NCBI GenBank assembly: GCA_964291315.2
Contig: OZ219753.1
Span: forward strand, 1,024,001 to 1,088,000
Source of the DNA: Candidatus Poribacteria bacterium
GTDB taxonomy: Bacteria; Poribacteria; WGA-4E; WGA-3G
Direction of reading: 5' to 3'
DNA length: 64,000 bases
In this document: piece after piece, positions 51,746 to 62,661 of the stretch
Layout: the number at the start of each line of letters is the position of its first letter
Position numbering within the stretch: position 1 is the first letter of the stretch
Notes under the pieces: model-generated
Databases searched by the model: none
The model's input: the letters and a program-made list of their open reading frames with translations, nothing else
Told to the model about the DNA's origin: nothing
Translations under genes and position numbers: made by a program

Positions 51746-54119
51746 TCACACCGCCATCCCCGCCTCACGATACGTCTGCTCAATCAACGCGATCTCCGCA
51801 TCCGTTAGCTCATACACCCGATACACCCGCTCATCTATCTCCCGCTCGATCTCCTGCACGCCCTCGCTCTCTGGATCTGCCAATATCTGCTCGACGAGCC
51901 GCGACAGCTCCACTTTCTGTGCATCAGTCCGATCTGCTATTGGGGTACGGCGCATATACTGAGACTTGAAACGCAAACCGCCACCCATCCACGGGTCGTT
52001 GAGGCTCTGAAATTTATGACGTGCATACCAATCAAGCAGTGTGCTGTTTAAGATAGCAAGCAAGGAGAGATCATAGGTCGGTATGAAGTATGTTGTGTCT
52101 AACCCAAATGAGTTCGTTGTATCATAGCAAGCGCGCATAAATGGATTAATATCCGCATAAACAATCTTCGGTTTTTCGAACTCGGCATAGTAGGCACACG
52201 ATCGAAGTTCCCAATAAAATTTACCCTGAGCATCCCTTTTAGTCAAACGTTCGCGATAACCATGCAGATGTTGATAGATTGCAGGATAAGTTCTTCGAAA
52301 AACCTGTTCTGCTTCTGAGGTGCTTTTTACATCTGACCAGGGCCACTCTCTATTCGCACTGCTCTCTATCACTATTAGGTATTCATTTGCCGGTATTGCC
52401 TTCCATTTCTGAAGATTGCGCCCTCTGAGCAAAGGTTTTATCAGTTCCCGGCTCTTTGGATCCCCGGAAATCAGTTGCTGACGCATAGACTCATCGATGA
52501 TAAATGCATCATTGCGTCCAGTTATCACACCTATGTAAAGATCACCTTTTACATATTTTTCTAACAACGTACCAGTCTGTTGAAGTTTTCCAAGTAGTCG
52601 CAGCGCGTCGGGGGATGTCAATGTCCAGCTCTCCGTTGATAAATCACGCGGATGCAGCCGAAACGCCCGATCCCGAAACGCCGCAGACAGCCGCGGCACA
52701 TCAGACGCATCCCGAAACGTCGCCACCGAAACAGGCTCTCCATCTGATGTGGCATTTTCAAGGATCAGGATACAGGTATCCACACTCGCTTTGAAGACAG
52801 CGACACTCCCAAAGTCAAGCAATCTGTGGAGCCGTTGGGCATCGGTAAAGAAAGACCGTAGTTTCCTGCCATACGCCGCCCGCAAAAACTTGTTTGAGGA
52901 GATATACGCCAAGATGCCGTGCCTACGCAGCAGCTCCGTGCCGCGCTTGTAAAAATAGACGTAGAGGTCTGCTCTCCCCACATAGACTTCTGGAAACAAG
53001 CGTGCCAAAGTCGGCTTCATCGGTCCGATAAGTTGATCTCTCACATAAGGCGGGTTGCCGATCACAACATCAAAACCGCCGGCTTGAAAAACCTCCGGAA
53101 ACTCAACCTGCCAGACAAACGCCTCCTCCGGGGCATCTTGCCAGCCTTGAAGATCCGCTCGGAGTGCGGCGATCTCCGCTCGGAGTGCCTCTTTCTTTGC
53201 GTCCCCGTGTGTGATGAAATAGTCCGCTTGTTTCTCCTGTATCGCTTGGATCAACGGCCTTTCAAGCGTCAGCTGTTCCGGGGCTGCACCGGTCAGGCTG
53301 TCCCCCACCGCCACTTTGTAATCCAAGTTCGGCAGCGGCTGCGGCACGTCGCCTTCATAGTCTACTGTGAGGCTCAGCCACAGGCGCAACATCGCAATGT
53401 TGACAGCGAAGTCGTCTCTGTCCACGCCGTAAAGGTTCCGCTGAATAATATCCAGCTTGCGTTCATACACCGTGCCGGGATCGGTCTGATCGCTTTGGAA
53501 GAGAGCATCGCGCAGGCGAAGCAGTTCGCCCATCATCCCGAGTAGATACGCACCGCTCCCACACGCAGGATCACACACCCGTAAGTTCTGCAGCACCGCT
53601 AACACACCTTCTGAATCGCGGATCCCCGCGGCATCGCCTCTGTCAACAAACTGTGTCAGGCACGCCGCGCTCTCCGTTGTCTGCGTCTCGAGGCAGAGCT
53701 TCAGGCTCTCCCGACACATGAAGGAGACAACCGCACGCGGCGTGTAGTAGCTCCCACTGGCGTGCCGCCCCGTGACCAGTTCCTCAAACACCTTACCCAG
53801 CATCTCCGGGTCTACTGCAACCTCTATGTCTAGCGGCGTGGACTCGGTGATCGTGAAGTTATAACGTTCGAAGAGGTTGAGGATGTCGGCAAAGGTGTCG
53901 TTCGGGAGATGCACTGCGTTTCGTTCGTCATACGGCTGCATCTCGAAGAGGCCACCGTTGAGGAACGGCACATCGCCGCGCCGGGTGCGAGCGGCGGCAT
54001 CTTCGGATCCGGACTCACCGGCGGGATTGCTGAGACCGTGGAAGAAGACGTAATAGAGCCGGTCGTTGAGCAAGCTCTCTGTCCGAGGCTCCTTGTGCTT
54101 ATCAGAGATTACCCCCCCC
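51746..54119 (-). CDS. C-terminal part (m6A MTase plus TRD) of type IIG-like protein, copy 2, in the +1 frame
   Basis: DPACGSGA and GNPPY; TRD differs from copy 1. Confidence 0.85.
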
Positions 54120-54980
54120 GCTTCTTATAGATTCCGCACTGCCAGAGAGAGTCTCGATGCCCATTGCAGCCTCATACAACGCACGCAAGTAGTCCCGGCG
54201 ACCCGCATACCGCAACCAACCCTTTCTCTCAAGAAAACGCAGAAACATCAAACGATTCAACAGACGCTGCGTATACAACCGACGAGCCTCCACAGCGCTC
54301 TCCGGGATCCCTGACAGCGAGGCCTCCACCAACGCAAAGACGCTCTTATACTCACGGAAAAACTGATCCGTCACAGCCGCCACATCAAACGCACGCTGCC
54401 ATTTAGCAACCCACGCTTGCGACGACGAAAAACCGCCACGCGGAAACGCCAGAGCCGGCAGGTTGTATTCACACAGCGTCCGAAGGTGCGTATCCCCACG
54501 ATCCCACGAGAATATAGACAGCACCGCATCCTGCCAAGACGCACCCGCACCTGCGAAGTGGGCAAACGCAAACCGATGAAAATCAGCAGTCGTGCAGATG
54601 AATAGCAGATGATCCGGCTCCCACGCAGGCAACCGTGCGTCTCGGGTGCGCCTCTCCACCAGACCTCGCAGAACCCGCCGCAACTCCGTGCGATACACCC
54701 GCTCACTGCTGAATTCAACAAAGAAGATGCCCCACGGCTGCGAGCCGACCTCGGGAGAAAATCCCAACGCCTCGCGCGCGAACGGCGGCAGCTGCAGACA
54801 GTCAGCGACTCGTGCCTCAGCCGTTTCATCAAGCTCCAGCTCTGATGACGACCACGGGAAAGCTATCTCGCCGAGCGTCACGTCTTCGGGGATCGGCCAG
54901 TCGAGAGTGTCACGAAAAAACGCTAAGAGCGTCTCAAAGTCAGTTATAGTATCAACAGTTTCAACGGGTATATATGACAT
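54102..54980 (-). CDS. N-terminal part of type IIG-like R-M protein, copy 2
   Basis: 292 aa, nearly identical to 31969..32847, ends SGGGNL*. Confidence 0.75.
   Translation of the reverse strand: MSYIPVETVDTITDFETLLAFFRDTLDWPIPEDVTLGEIAFPWSSSELELDETAEARVADCLQLPPFAREALGFSPEVGSQPWGIFFVEFSSERVYRTELRRVLRGLVERRTRDARLPAWEPDHLLFICTTADFHRFAFAHFAGAGASWQDAVLSIFSWDRGDTHLRTLCEYNLPALAFPRGGFSSSQAWVAKWQRAFDVAAVTDQFFREYKSVFALVEASLSGIPESAVEARRLYTQRLLNRLMFLRFLERKGWLRYAGRRDYLRALYEAAMGIETLSGSAESIRSGGGNL
54112..54119 (-). repeat. G8 homopolymer at the frame junction, copy 2
   Basis: Same GAAGC-G8-TAATCTCTGATAA context as copy 1. Confidence 0.8.
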
Positions 54981-55071
54981 TGGTATTCCTCAAGGGTTAG
55001 GCGATAAGTAAACGGATAACGGACATCTTGGAAAATAGACCCGACCAACGAGACGGGTGCTTCACTCTCCT

Positions 55072-55100
55072 AATATAGCACGCACCGCTTGTTTTGTCAA
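55072..55100 (-). promoter_or_regulatory. sigma-70 promoter of cassette 2
   Basis: Identical TTGACA-17nt-TATATT. Confidence 0.75.
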
Positions 55101-55331
55101 GCGAGGATAGCAGAGAGCAAATGCCGTCTGCCGCACGGGTTGCGAAAATCTCGGATATCTGCTAATATATTCAGCAGATGGCGAGCGTTCGCTTTCGTCA
55201 TGATACACCTCAAAATACAGGATTTTATACAATGAGGTCTCTTCTATCAGAGATAACCTGAAATCTCACGCTATCCTCTAATAGGACCCCAAACATACAC
55301 ATACGGAAACCACGCTTCGCAGTAAAAAATT

Positions 55332-56072
55332 ATGTTAGCCGTTATCCTTAAAGATCTCCACTGCTATGTCAATTCCCGGAGATATCGACGTATCCAATTC
55401 ATCGTTTTATGTGTGCTTTCACTCTTGCTCTTTGTAGCGGCAGTTGAGTTCTATGCATATCGCAGAACGGTGCATGCAATTGACGTGGGGCAACAAACAT
55501 ATGTCCTCTTCATTATAGCCATTTTTGTTGCCCAATTTTGGATGCCGAGGCATGCCGTTGAAGCAATGGCCACAGAGCATCTGGCGGGGAAATGTCGTGG
55601 AGAGAACCGTGTGCTCCTTGCGTTAACCCCTTTGGCAAATTGGCAGATCTTGGCGGGCAAGCTCACTGCTCTTGTGTTTTGGGCACTATGGAATATTTGG
55701 CTGACGGTTCCCTTGTTGGCACTATCAAGTTATATAGGGGGGTTAGCATTATCGCAGTGGATGAAATGCAGTGTGGTGTTATTGGTGAGCTCTATCTTTT
55801 TTGCGCTCGTCGGTATCACGGTGGCGTTACAGACCTGTCCGACTCGGGCAAAAGGAATAAGTTACGGAGTCATTCTACTATTAACGTTCTGTCCTTTCAC
55901 CCCTTTTTCACTGTTTGAAGCGATGCCGATGTTGGCAGCGATAAGTCCATTGTCCACCCTCTTGTCGATTCTTCGAGCAGATCTAACGCATTTATGGCTC
56001 TGGAATATAGGGATGTTTTGTGGGGCATCCACCCTGATGTTCGCCCTTTTAATTAAACGAATGCCTTTATAA
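55332..56072 (+). CDS. ABC-2-type permease-like membrane protein
   Basis: About 6 TM helices; LALTPLANWQILAGKL motif. Confidence 0.6.
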   Translation: MLAVILKDLHCYVNSRRYRRIQFIVLCVLSLLLFVAAVEFYAYRRTVHAIDVGQQTYVLFIIAIFVAQFWMPRHAVEAMATEHLAGKCRGENRVLLALTPLANWQILAGKLTALVFWALWNIWLTVPLLALSSYIGGLALSQWMKCSVVLLVSSIFFALVGITVALQTCPTRAKGISYGVILLLTFCPFTPFSLFEAMPMLAAISPLSTLLSILRADLTHLWLWNIGMFCGASTLMFALLIKRMPL

Positions 56073-56161
56073 TTTGAACGCTTGTTTTGTCGACATGACA
56101 GACAGACTGCCCAGACGATAAAATTGTTCTCTTCCACTTAGCTTAGACACAGAAATCATTT

Positions 56162-58111
56162 ATGGAAACCAGCACTTTAAAGTATTCAACACAACTTCAA
56201 GAAACGCCGCAATCCGCTGACCCGGGTGTCACCTTTCGCGCAGTTCTGCTGGGTATCATACTCATCCCGCCGAATAGCTATTTTATCATGGCAAACCACC
56301 TCCGTTTCTGGAGCACCTTGCCCACAACGATGTCATTGATTTACAATGTCGTGGTGACTTTGGTAGTTTTGACTTGCTTGAATTTTTTGTGCAAACTACT
56401 CTTTCCGCGTTTTGTGCTCCGTCAAGGAGAACTGCTAACTATCTATGTCATTCTCTCGATTTCCTCCGCGATCGCCGGACACGATATGATGCAGACCGTG
56501 GTCCCAATTATTCCGAACGGTTTCTGGTTCGCAACCCCTGAAAACGAATGGCAACAACTTTTCTGGCGTTACCTACCAAGCTGGATGACCCTTAGCGATA
56601 TCTCAGTCTTGCAAGATTTTTACGACGGCGATACAAGCTTCTATACCCAAAGATATCTCGTTGCATGGTGGAAACCAATTTTGTGGTGGACTATCTTTCT
56701 CACCGTCTTAATTTGGGTGATGATTTGCATCGATCTGATCCTCCGGAAACAATGGGTCGATCGAGAACGACTCACCTATCCAATCGTCCGATTACCGATA
56801 GAACTGACATACTCCGATGGACGACTTTTTAAAAACAAGATGCTGTGGGCAGGATTCGCAATCGCCGGGAGCATTGACCTAATTAACGGGATTCACGCAT
56901 TCTTTCCCACATTTCCAGAGATACCAGTCCGTAAGGCGGACCTTGGAATTTACTTCACTGAAAAACCCTGGAGCGCAATAGGTTGGACTCCCCTTTATAT
57001 CCTCTCGTTCGGTGTTGGCCTCGCTTTTTTGATGCCCTTGGAAATGTCGTTCTCTCTCTGGTTTTTCTATCTATTCTGGAAAGGTGAACGTATATTGGGC
57101 AGCGCGATGGGATTACAAGTATTACCCGGATTTCCATATGATGGCCCACAAGGCGTAGGAGCGTACTTGGCTATCGCTTGTTTTGGACTCTACGGCGGAC
57201 GTAAGCATTTTTATGCAGTGTTCAGTAGCCTGATCAAAAAGAAAGAAAAAAAACTACCACCAGAGAGCCAAGATGCTACAAATTACCGATGGCCAGTTAT
57301 AGGATTAATAGGCGGACTTCTCTTTCTTTTTATTTTTTCCAAGCGTGGTGGAATGGCAGTCTGGATGATAGCTCTGTATTTTGCTATCTACTATCTACTT
57401 GCCCTTGGGATTACACGCGTTCGCGCCGAGGTAGGACCACCAACACATGAGATGTTTGTCGCCAACCCACGCCAATTTATTATTGATTCCCTCGGCTCAC
57501 GGAGGATTCCACCACCCAGCCTGACTATGATGTCCATCTATTTCGCCTTCAATCGCGGATACCGAGCACATCCAATGCCACATACACTAGAGGCTTTTAA
57601 ACTCGTAGAGGTCGCAAACATGCGAGCGGGACGGATGGTTGTAGCACTCATGTGTGGCATCTTCTTTGGTATCCTCGCTTCGTTTTGGGCCTATCTGCAT
57701 GTCTCCTATGATATCGGCGCGAATCCCGGCCTAGGAAGCGGCGGCTATAATCTGCTCCGGTCATGGCTCTATTATCCCACAGAGACAAATTTCCCAGCAG
57801 TAGCGTTCATGGGAGTCGGATTCGTGTTTACAGGTCTATTGTGGTGGTTACGAACCCGATTCCCAATGTTCCCCTTCCATCCAACAGGCTACGCCGTCGC
57901 AAGCAGTATATGGACGTTCGGGTGGCTCTGGTTTTCAGTATTGATCAGTTGGACAATCAAGAACCTTGTTTTACGTTTTGGTGGCATTCGTCTTTATCAT
58001 AAGGTACTCCCCCTCTTTTTAGGACTGATCCTTGGACAATTCGTCGTCGGAGGCATGTGGGTACTCATTCGACTTATTTGGGGAATCTCTGTCTATTCAT
58101 TTTACCGTTAG
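56162..58111 (+). CDS. Large polytopic membrane protein (putative peptide-transporter-like, DUF6785-type)
   Basis: Many TM helices; VTFRAVLLG, RKQWVDRERLTYP and FHPTGYA. Confidence 0.6.
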   Translation: METSTLKYSTQLQETPQSADPGVTFRAVLLGIILIPPNSYFIMANHLRFWSTLPTTMSLIYNVVVTLVVLTCLNFLCKLLFPRFVLRQGELLTIYVILSISSAIAGHDMMQTVVPIIPNGFWFATPENEWQQLFWRYLPSWMTLSDISVLQDFYDGDTSFYTQRYLVAWWKPILWWTIFLTVLIWVMICIDLILRKQWVDRERLTYPIVRLPIELTYSDGRLFKNKMLWAGFAIAGSIDLINGIHAFFPTFPEIPVRKADLGIYFTEKPWSAIGWTPLYILSFGVGLAFLMPLEMSFSLWFFYLFWKGERILGSAMGLQVLPGFPYDGPQGVGAYLAIACFGLYGGRKHFYAVFSSLIKKKEKKLPPESQDATNYRWPVIGLIGGLLFLFIFSKRGGMAVWMIALYFAIYYLLALGITRVRAEVGPPTHEMFVANPRQFIIDSLGSRRIPPPSLTMMSIYFAFNRGYRAHPMPHTLEAFKLVEVANMRAGRMVVALMCGIFFGILASFWAYLHVSYDIGANPGLGSGGYNLLRSWLYYPTETNFPAVAFMGVGFVFTGLLWWLRTRFPMFPFHPTGYAVASSIWTFGWLWFSVLISWTIKNLVLRFGGIRLYHKVLPLFLGLILGQFVVGGMWVLIRLIWGISVYSFYR

Positions 58112-58364
58112 CCGCGACCCGTTTGGAAGCACCCCTACAAGTATTCAGCGAAGGGGTCACGGATACGACCCCTGTCTGTATTGTCAACGAAACCGAGACT
58201 GAACCATCCGGCGTAGCTCTGTTGGTTCAATGGGGCAAACAGGGCCACAAAGTTTTCGGAAAGAGAGGCAGTCCGTTCCATATTAGAAATCCAGCACTGT
58301 GTTCGGGGACCCTGTCGTTTACTGAGCCCCACCGTTCCGCGTAAGGTTAAGGTTTCGGGGCATT

Positions 58365-59744
58365 TCAGGTTAGCAACTGTTTTTCCCACCAAGCCACGTA
58401 ATCTGCATCACTGATATGGTGTGAGAGTCCTCGTCTTTCCATGCCCGCTTTAAATTGTTCCGCCATGTTCTCATCCCAGTAAGTGGTGACCGCTAAAGGT
58501 TCAGGCGTTTCGCCCATGTCTCTTGTTTCTGCCATCCAAGTGTCGAGGCGGGCAGCGAGTTCGCTACACAGAAGCCCATAATCTGAATCGGCAGCAAGGT
58601 TATTGACTTCATAAGGATCTGCTTCGAGATCATACAACTCTTCAACCGGACGCGTCTCTTGCATGAACTGCTGTTGCACCGGAGTCAACTCACCCTTTTT
58701 TGAAAGCAGCGGCATCAAGCTCCAGAGCGGATACTGCTGCTTTTTGTAAGCGTTAAATTGCATATAGGGCCGTTCCGGATGGTAATTACGAATGAGTTTG
58801 TAACGCTGGGTTCGGACACACCGTATTCTGTCGTCTGTTCCGTCGCATCGATCCCGTGCTGCGAAGATTGCGTTGCGTGAGGTCGCCTTTGGCCCAGCGA
58901 AAATCTGTCCTTGCATAAAGTTGGGCACCTCGATACCCGCAAGTGCAAGCGTCGTCGGGGCGATATCGACACCGCTAATAAGTTGTTCACTGACACTATC
59001 AGATTCAATGTGCCCAGGCCAGCGGACGATGAGCGGGATATGGATGCCGCCGTCGTAAAGAAACTGCTTGCAGCGCACATGCGCGCGCCCGTGATCACTC
59101 AGGAAAAAGATAATTGTATTCTCGGTGAGTCCCTCAGAATCTAGGCGGTCAAGGATTCGCCCTACTTTCTTATCTAAAATCTGAATGCTTTCGAGATACA
59201 GAGCCCAGTCTTTGCGAGTCAACGGATGATCTGGATAGTAAGGCGGTAATTCGACCGCCTCTGGAGAAATCGGACGTTCTAGATCGGGTTTGAAAACGCG
59301 GTGCGTATCTGGAATGTTGATCTGGGCATAGAAAGGCTGCGCTTCAGCCCGTCCTTTCCAGTCTATACCCTCAAAAGGGCGTTCCCGTTGGAAGTTAAAA
59401 TCGGTCTTTCCGGGACGGCTGTAGGGCGGACCTGGACTGTTGCAGGTGAAATAACCGGCTTCCGTGAAACAGTCAGTGATAAGTCTCATATCCGCCCGGA
59501 GTGGTTTATCGCGATTGCTACGGTGGTTATGTGCATCAAAGGCAGTCTGATACGTGCCCGTGATCAACGCAGAACGACTTGGCGAACAAACCGGACATGT
59601 AACGAAAGCATTGGTGTAGCGAGTACCTTCCGACGCGAGCCGGTCGATGTTTGGAGTTCTCACAGCAGACGTGCCGTAACAGCCCAGATCAGGAGAAAGA
59701 TCCTCACCGTAAATCCAGAGAACGTTTGGTTTCTTTGTAGACAC
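58365..59744 (-). CDS. Sulfatase (Cys-type)
   Basis: KPNVLWI, CSPSRSALITG, SDHG and EELYDLEADPYE. Confidence 0.92.
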   Translation of the reverse strand: MSTKKPNVLWIYGEDLSPDLGCYGTSAVRTPNIDRLASEGTRYTNAFVTCPVCSPSRSALITGTYQTAFDAHNHRSNRDKPLRADMRLITDCFTEAGYFTCNSPGPPYSRPGKTDFNFQRERPFEGIDWKGRAEAQPFYAQINIPDTHRVFKPDLERPISPEAVELPPYYPDHPLTRKDWALYLESIQILDKKVGRILDRLDSEGLTENTIIFFLSDHGRAHVRCKQFLYDGGIHIPLIVRWPGHIESDSVSEQLISGVDIAPTTLALAGIEVPNFMQGQIFAGPKATSRNAIFAARDRCDGTDDRIRCVRTQRYKLIRNYHPERPYMQFNAYKKQQYPLWSLMPLLSKKGELTPVQQQFMQETRPVEELYDLEADPYEVNNLAADSDYGLLCSELAARLDTWMAETRDMGETPEPLAVTTYWDENMAEQFKAGMERRGLSHHISDADYVAWWEKQLLT

Positions 59745-59998
59745 AACTGTTTCCTTTCAGGGATTATGATTCAAGAGATTGTGCTCCATTGGTGTCGTCC
59801 ACTACATACCCACTTCAGAACAAAATAGACTGTGCAAGTTGCATTTCCGCGAGAGGTTTGACTCTGCTTTGTAAATTTCGCGAAGCCGCTGTCACTCTCA
59901 ACGACACTCCCTAATTGTTGTCGATCTTTATTGTTGACCATGAAAGCTCCATGCTCTGACAATCCCTTCGCGTGTAGATTTCCGAATTGCTACCTAAG

Positions 59999-60610
59999 TT
60001 ACCGCTGACTGTGGGTTTTTAACACGCGAAGCATGTGCCGAGCGTAACTCACTGTGGAAATAAAAACAAATACCAAGGCGAAACAGAGACTGTAAAACTC
60101 AATATTCTCCGGTAAGAATGACGTGAGCGGACGAAGTAGATAAAGCATAATAGCAATTGACAAAAAGAAACTGGAACCTTTACCCCATAAGTTGGAACGG
60201 GTAATCACTCTTGCCTTATATGCTAAAATGCCATTTCCTATCAAGATTGAGACATCACGAATAACAATTACAAGGAACGCCCACTCCGGGAAAGTAGATT
60301 TTAATATAGCAAGCGCGAAGACCGCCGCAGTAATTGCTAGCTTGTCTGCCACAGGATCTAAGATATAACCAAGTTCAGTGTGCTGGTGTAGACGCCGGGC
60401 ACAGAACCCGTCTAATAGATCCGTGATAACAGCTATGCCGCCAGAAATAATCGCATACATCCACTGCTCACGGTAGATAAAGTAAAAAATAAGCGGAGCC
60501 GTGATGAACCGAGATAACGACAGAATATTGCTGACATAGAAAAAATCTCGAAGCGCAATCCGGATCGATTGGGTTTCAGTAAATTGATGGATAGGAGCCT
60601 TTAGTGCCAT
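59999..60610 (-). CDS. CDP-alcohol phosphatidyltransferase (PgsA-like)
   Basis: DLLDGFCAR...G..LDPVADK. Confidence 0.85.
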   Translation of the reverse strand: MALKAPIHQFTETQSIRIALRDFFYVSNILSLSRFITAPLIFYFIYREQWMYAIISGGIAVITDLLDGFCARRLHQHTELGYILDPVADKLAITAAVFALAILKSTFPEWAFLVIVIRDVSILIGNGILAYKARVITRSNLWGKGSSFFLSIAIMLYLLRPLTSFLPENIEFYSLCFALVFVFISTVSYARHMLRVLKTHSQR

Positions 60611-60620
60611 TCTGAAAATG

Positions 60621-61289
60621 TCAATTGTTTTTCGCTGCTAGCTGGAAAGCGATCCGCCGATTCTCGTCTGTCAGAATTTCGGTTTCGCGCGTGAGGAGTT
60701 TCGCTAATGGGATTGTTTCCAATAAGGACTGTTTTTCTTCCAATGAAATACGGAGGCGCGTCGCGATCTGATACGCAAGCTCCCGCGGATCCTCAGGACG
60801 TTCCTCCGGCGGTTGCCAGCCAAAAATTAATCGGCTAGATAATGCCTCGTACGCTTTGTACAACTCTTCCGTCCCGATCGAGAGCGATTTTGATACCGAT
60901 TCAGTTTCAGCGTCCGGGTCGTCTAACATCCGAATATGACCTGTGAGATAAGAGTGATGCTCCAAAACCTCAAGGATCTGAAACCTATACTCACCAGCTG
61001 TGATGATATACATGCGACCCTCCTCTAAGTGTTCAACGCGAAGAATACGGACAGCCGTTCCAACTTCATGCGGGACAGCAGCTTCATCCACTTCCTCTCC
61101 TTCTCTAATGAGCACAACACCAAATTCAGACTCATGTTCCAAGCAGAATTTAACCATCGTTCGATAACGCGGTTCAAAAATATGGAGTGGTAAGAGCCCA
61201 CCAGGAAACAAAACAACTTGTAATGGAAAAAGTGGAATCTGGCGTTCGTAAAGTGTTTGACCTTTCAGCGAATCTTGGGCATTCCGCAT
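60621..61289 (-). CDS. Lon peptidase N-terminal (substrate-binding) domain protein
   Basis: PLFPL..VLFPG..LPLHIFEPRY. Confidence 0.88.
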   Translation of the reverse strand: MRNAQDSLKGQTLYERQIPLFPLQVVLFPGGLLPLHIFEPRYRTMVKFCLEHESEFGVVLIREGEEVDEAAVPHEVGTAVRILRVEHLEEGRMYIITAGEYRFQILEVLEHHSYLTGHIRMLDDPDAETESVSKSLSIGTEELYKAYEALSSRLIFGWQPPEERPEDPRELAYQIATRLRISLEEKQSLLETIPLAKLLTRETEILTDENRRIAFQLAAKNN

Positions 61290-61592
61290 GTGAAAACTCC
61301 CCTTTCCAGAATGTTGACCTACTCAAATAAACTTAGTCTTAACAACCGAACGTAACTTTCACAGCGCACCCGTGTTCACTGCGCATCTGATAGACCCCGG
61401 TTTCTAATCGCAAATCTCTATATATTCTTGCACAAAACGTGTGATTCGTCAAGCGTTTTTTATCAAAAACCAGGATCATTGTAGTTTGGAACGAGACCCC
61501 TTGACATTCGAACAGATTTTCGCTACAATACATCCAAAGAGTGTGTATAAACACAGATACTAGCGAATACCTTATCTATACCGTAATAATGA

Positions 61593-62105
61593 TTGGAGAA
61601 TATCGTGATCTCAGAAAATTTGAGAAGCGCTTTAACAACCTCTAAGGACATCACCATCAGCCTCTTGGGAAAAGTACTATTTCAATCCCGAGTAGAACCA
61701 ATTGGCGATGCAGATCGGATAACCGGTGTAAAAGCCCAATGGGTGAGCAAACAATCGGATAACTCAGTGAACATCAGCTCGTCCTCAGGAAGCGCCGGTA
61801 TCAAAATAGAGGGTAGCACAGCACCGACTATTGAGTACGTACAAGAAGACGAGAAACGGACAATTGCTGTCAAACATATCGAAAGTATTTCATGCGAACT
61901 CGAGCGGGAAACCTTGGACCGGATCGCCTCTCCCAAAGGAGCAGGAATTGCGATGGGTGTTGGAGCCGGCATCGGGTTGTTGAGCTGGTTTTTAATCGCA
62001 GTGATGCGTTCCCTGCTTGTTCCACGGGCCACACAGACTCAGCAGGAAATCCCACAGATTGCTTCGGAAGAAGCTAGCGCTCAACCCGCGGAACCTACAA
62101 AATGA
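61593..62105 (+). CDS. Hypothetical protein with C-terminal TM anchor
   Basis: 170-aa ORF with one hydrophobic helix; start uncertain. Confidence 0.5.
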   Translation: MENIVISENLRSALTTSKDITISLLGKVLFQSRVEPIGDADRITGVKAQWVSKQSDNSVNISSSSGSAGIKIEGSTAPTIEYVQEDEKRTIAVKHIESISCELERETLDRIASPKGAGIAMGVGAGIGLLSWFLIAVMRSLLVPRATQTQQEIPQIASEEASAQPAEPTK

Positions 62106-62661
62106 ATAGGCATGAAAATTACCGCAGCTGATCCGTTTTATTTCTGGAGAACTGACATGGGCCGAAAAACCGACTGCCCCTGATGCAGTTAATGACTATG
62201 GCACACTCACGCGTCCATTTACACCCGAAAAATATCGCCAAAAACACATTCGAGCGAATCTCAGGTAATGAGTAAAACAGCCTGACCTAACAGCTATCCT
62301 AACATACTGTTTTGCCAGACACACTACACTTTTCAACTTTTTTGCAACACTATTTTCTAATAGGTGTATCTATAGGACGAAAAAACGGACAAAAGGTTAC
62401 CAAATTCGGTATGCACATTGAGATTACCTTCGGAGATTCACATCATTTCCAAAGATTTTCAGAACTTGGAACGATCGAATCGCGCGTTTATCGATCTAGT
62501 AGCCCGAACGCGCCCCGCCGGCAAATTACGACCAAAACAGGGCGTGAACAGAGGCGGCAACCGAGCAGTCGTTACGGTAATAACTTTTACAGATTCTTCT
62601 TTGACCCTGAATTCGAATTTAATCTACAAACTGAAGTTAATTAAGATAAAGGAGGCACAAA

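Larger units (their letters stand above)
51746..55100 (-). repeat. Methyltransferase cassette copy 2 (promoter to stop codon)
   Basis: Direct repeat of 29640..32967, 27 bp longer, with a divergent TRD region. Confidence 0.92.

Noticed and set aside
62112-62183. MKITAADPFYF... resembles the start of a mandelate racemase/enolase-family gene remnant
   Set aside because: Too short to support a pseudogene call
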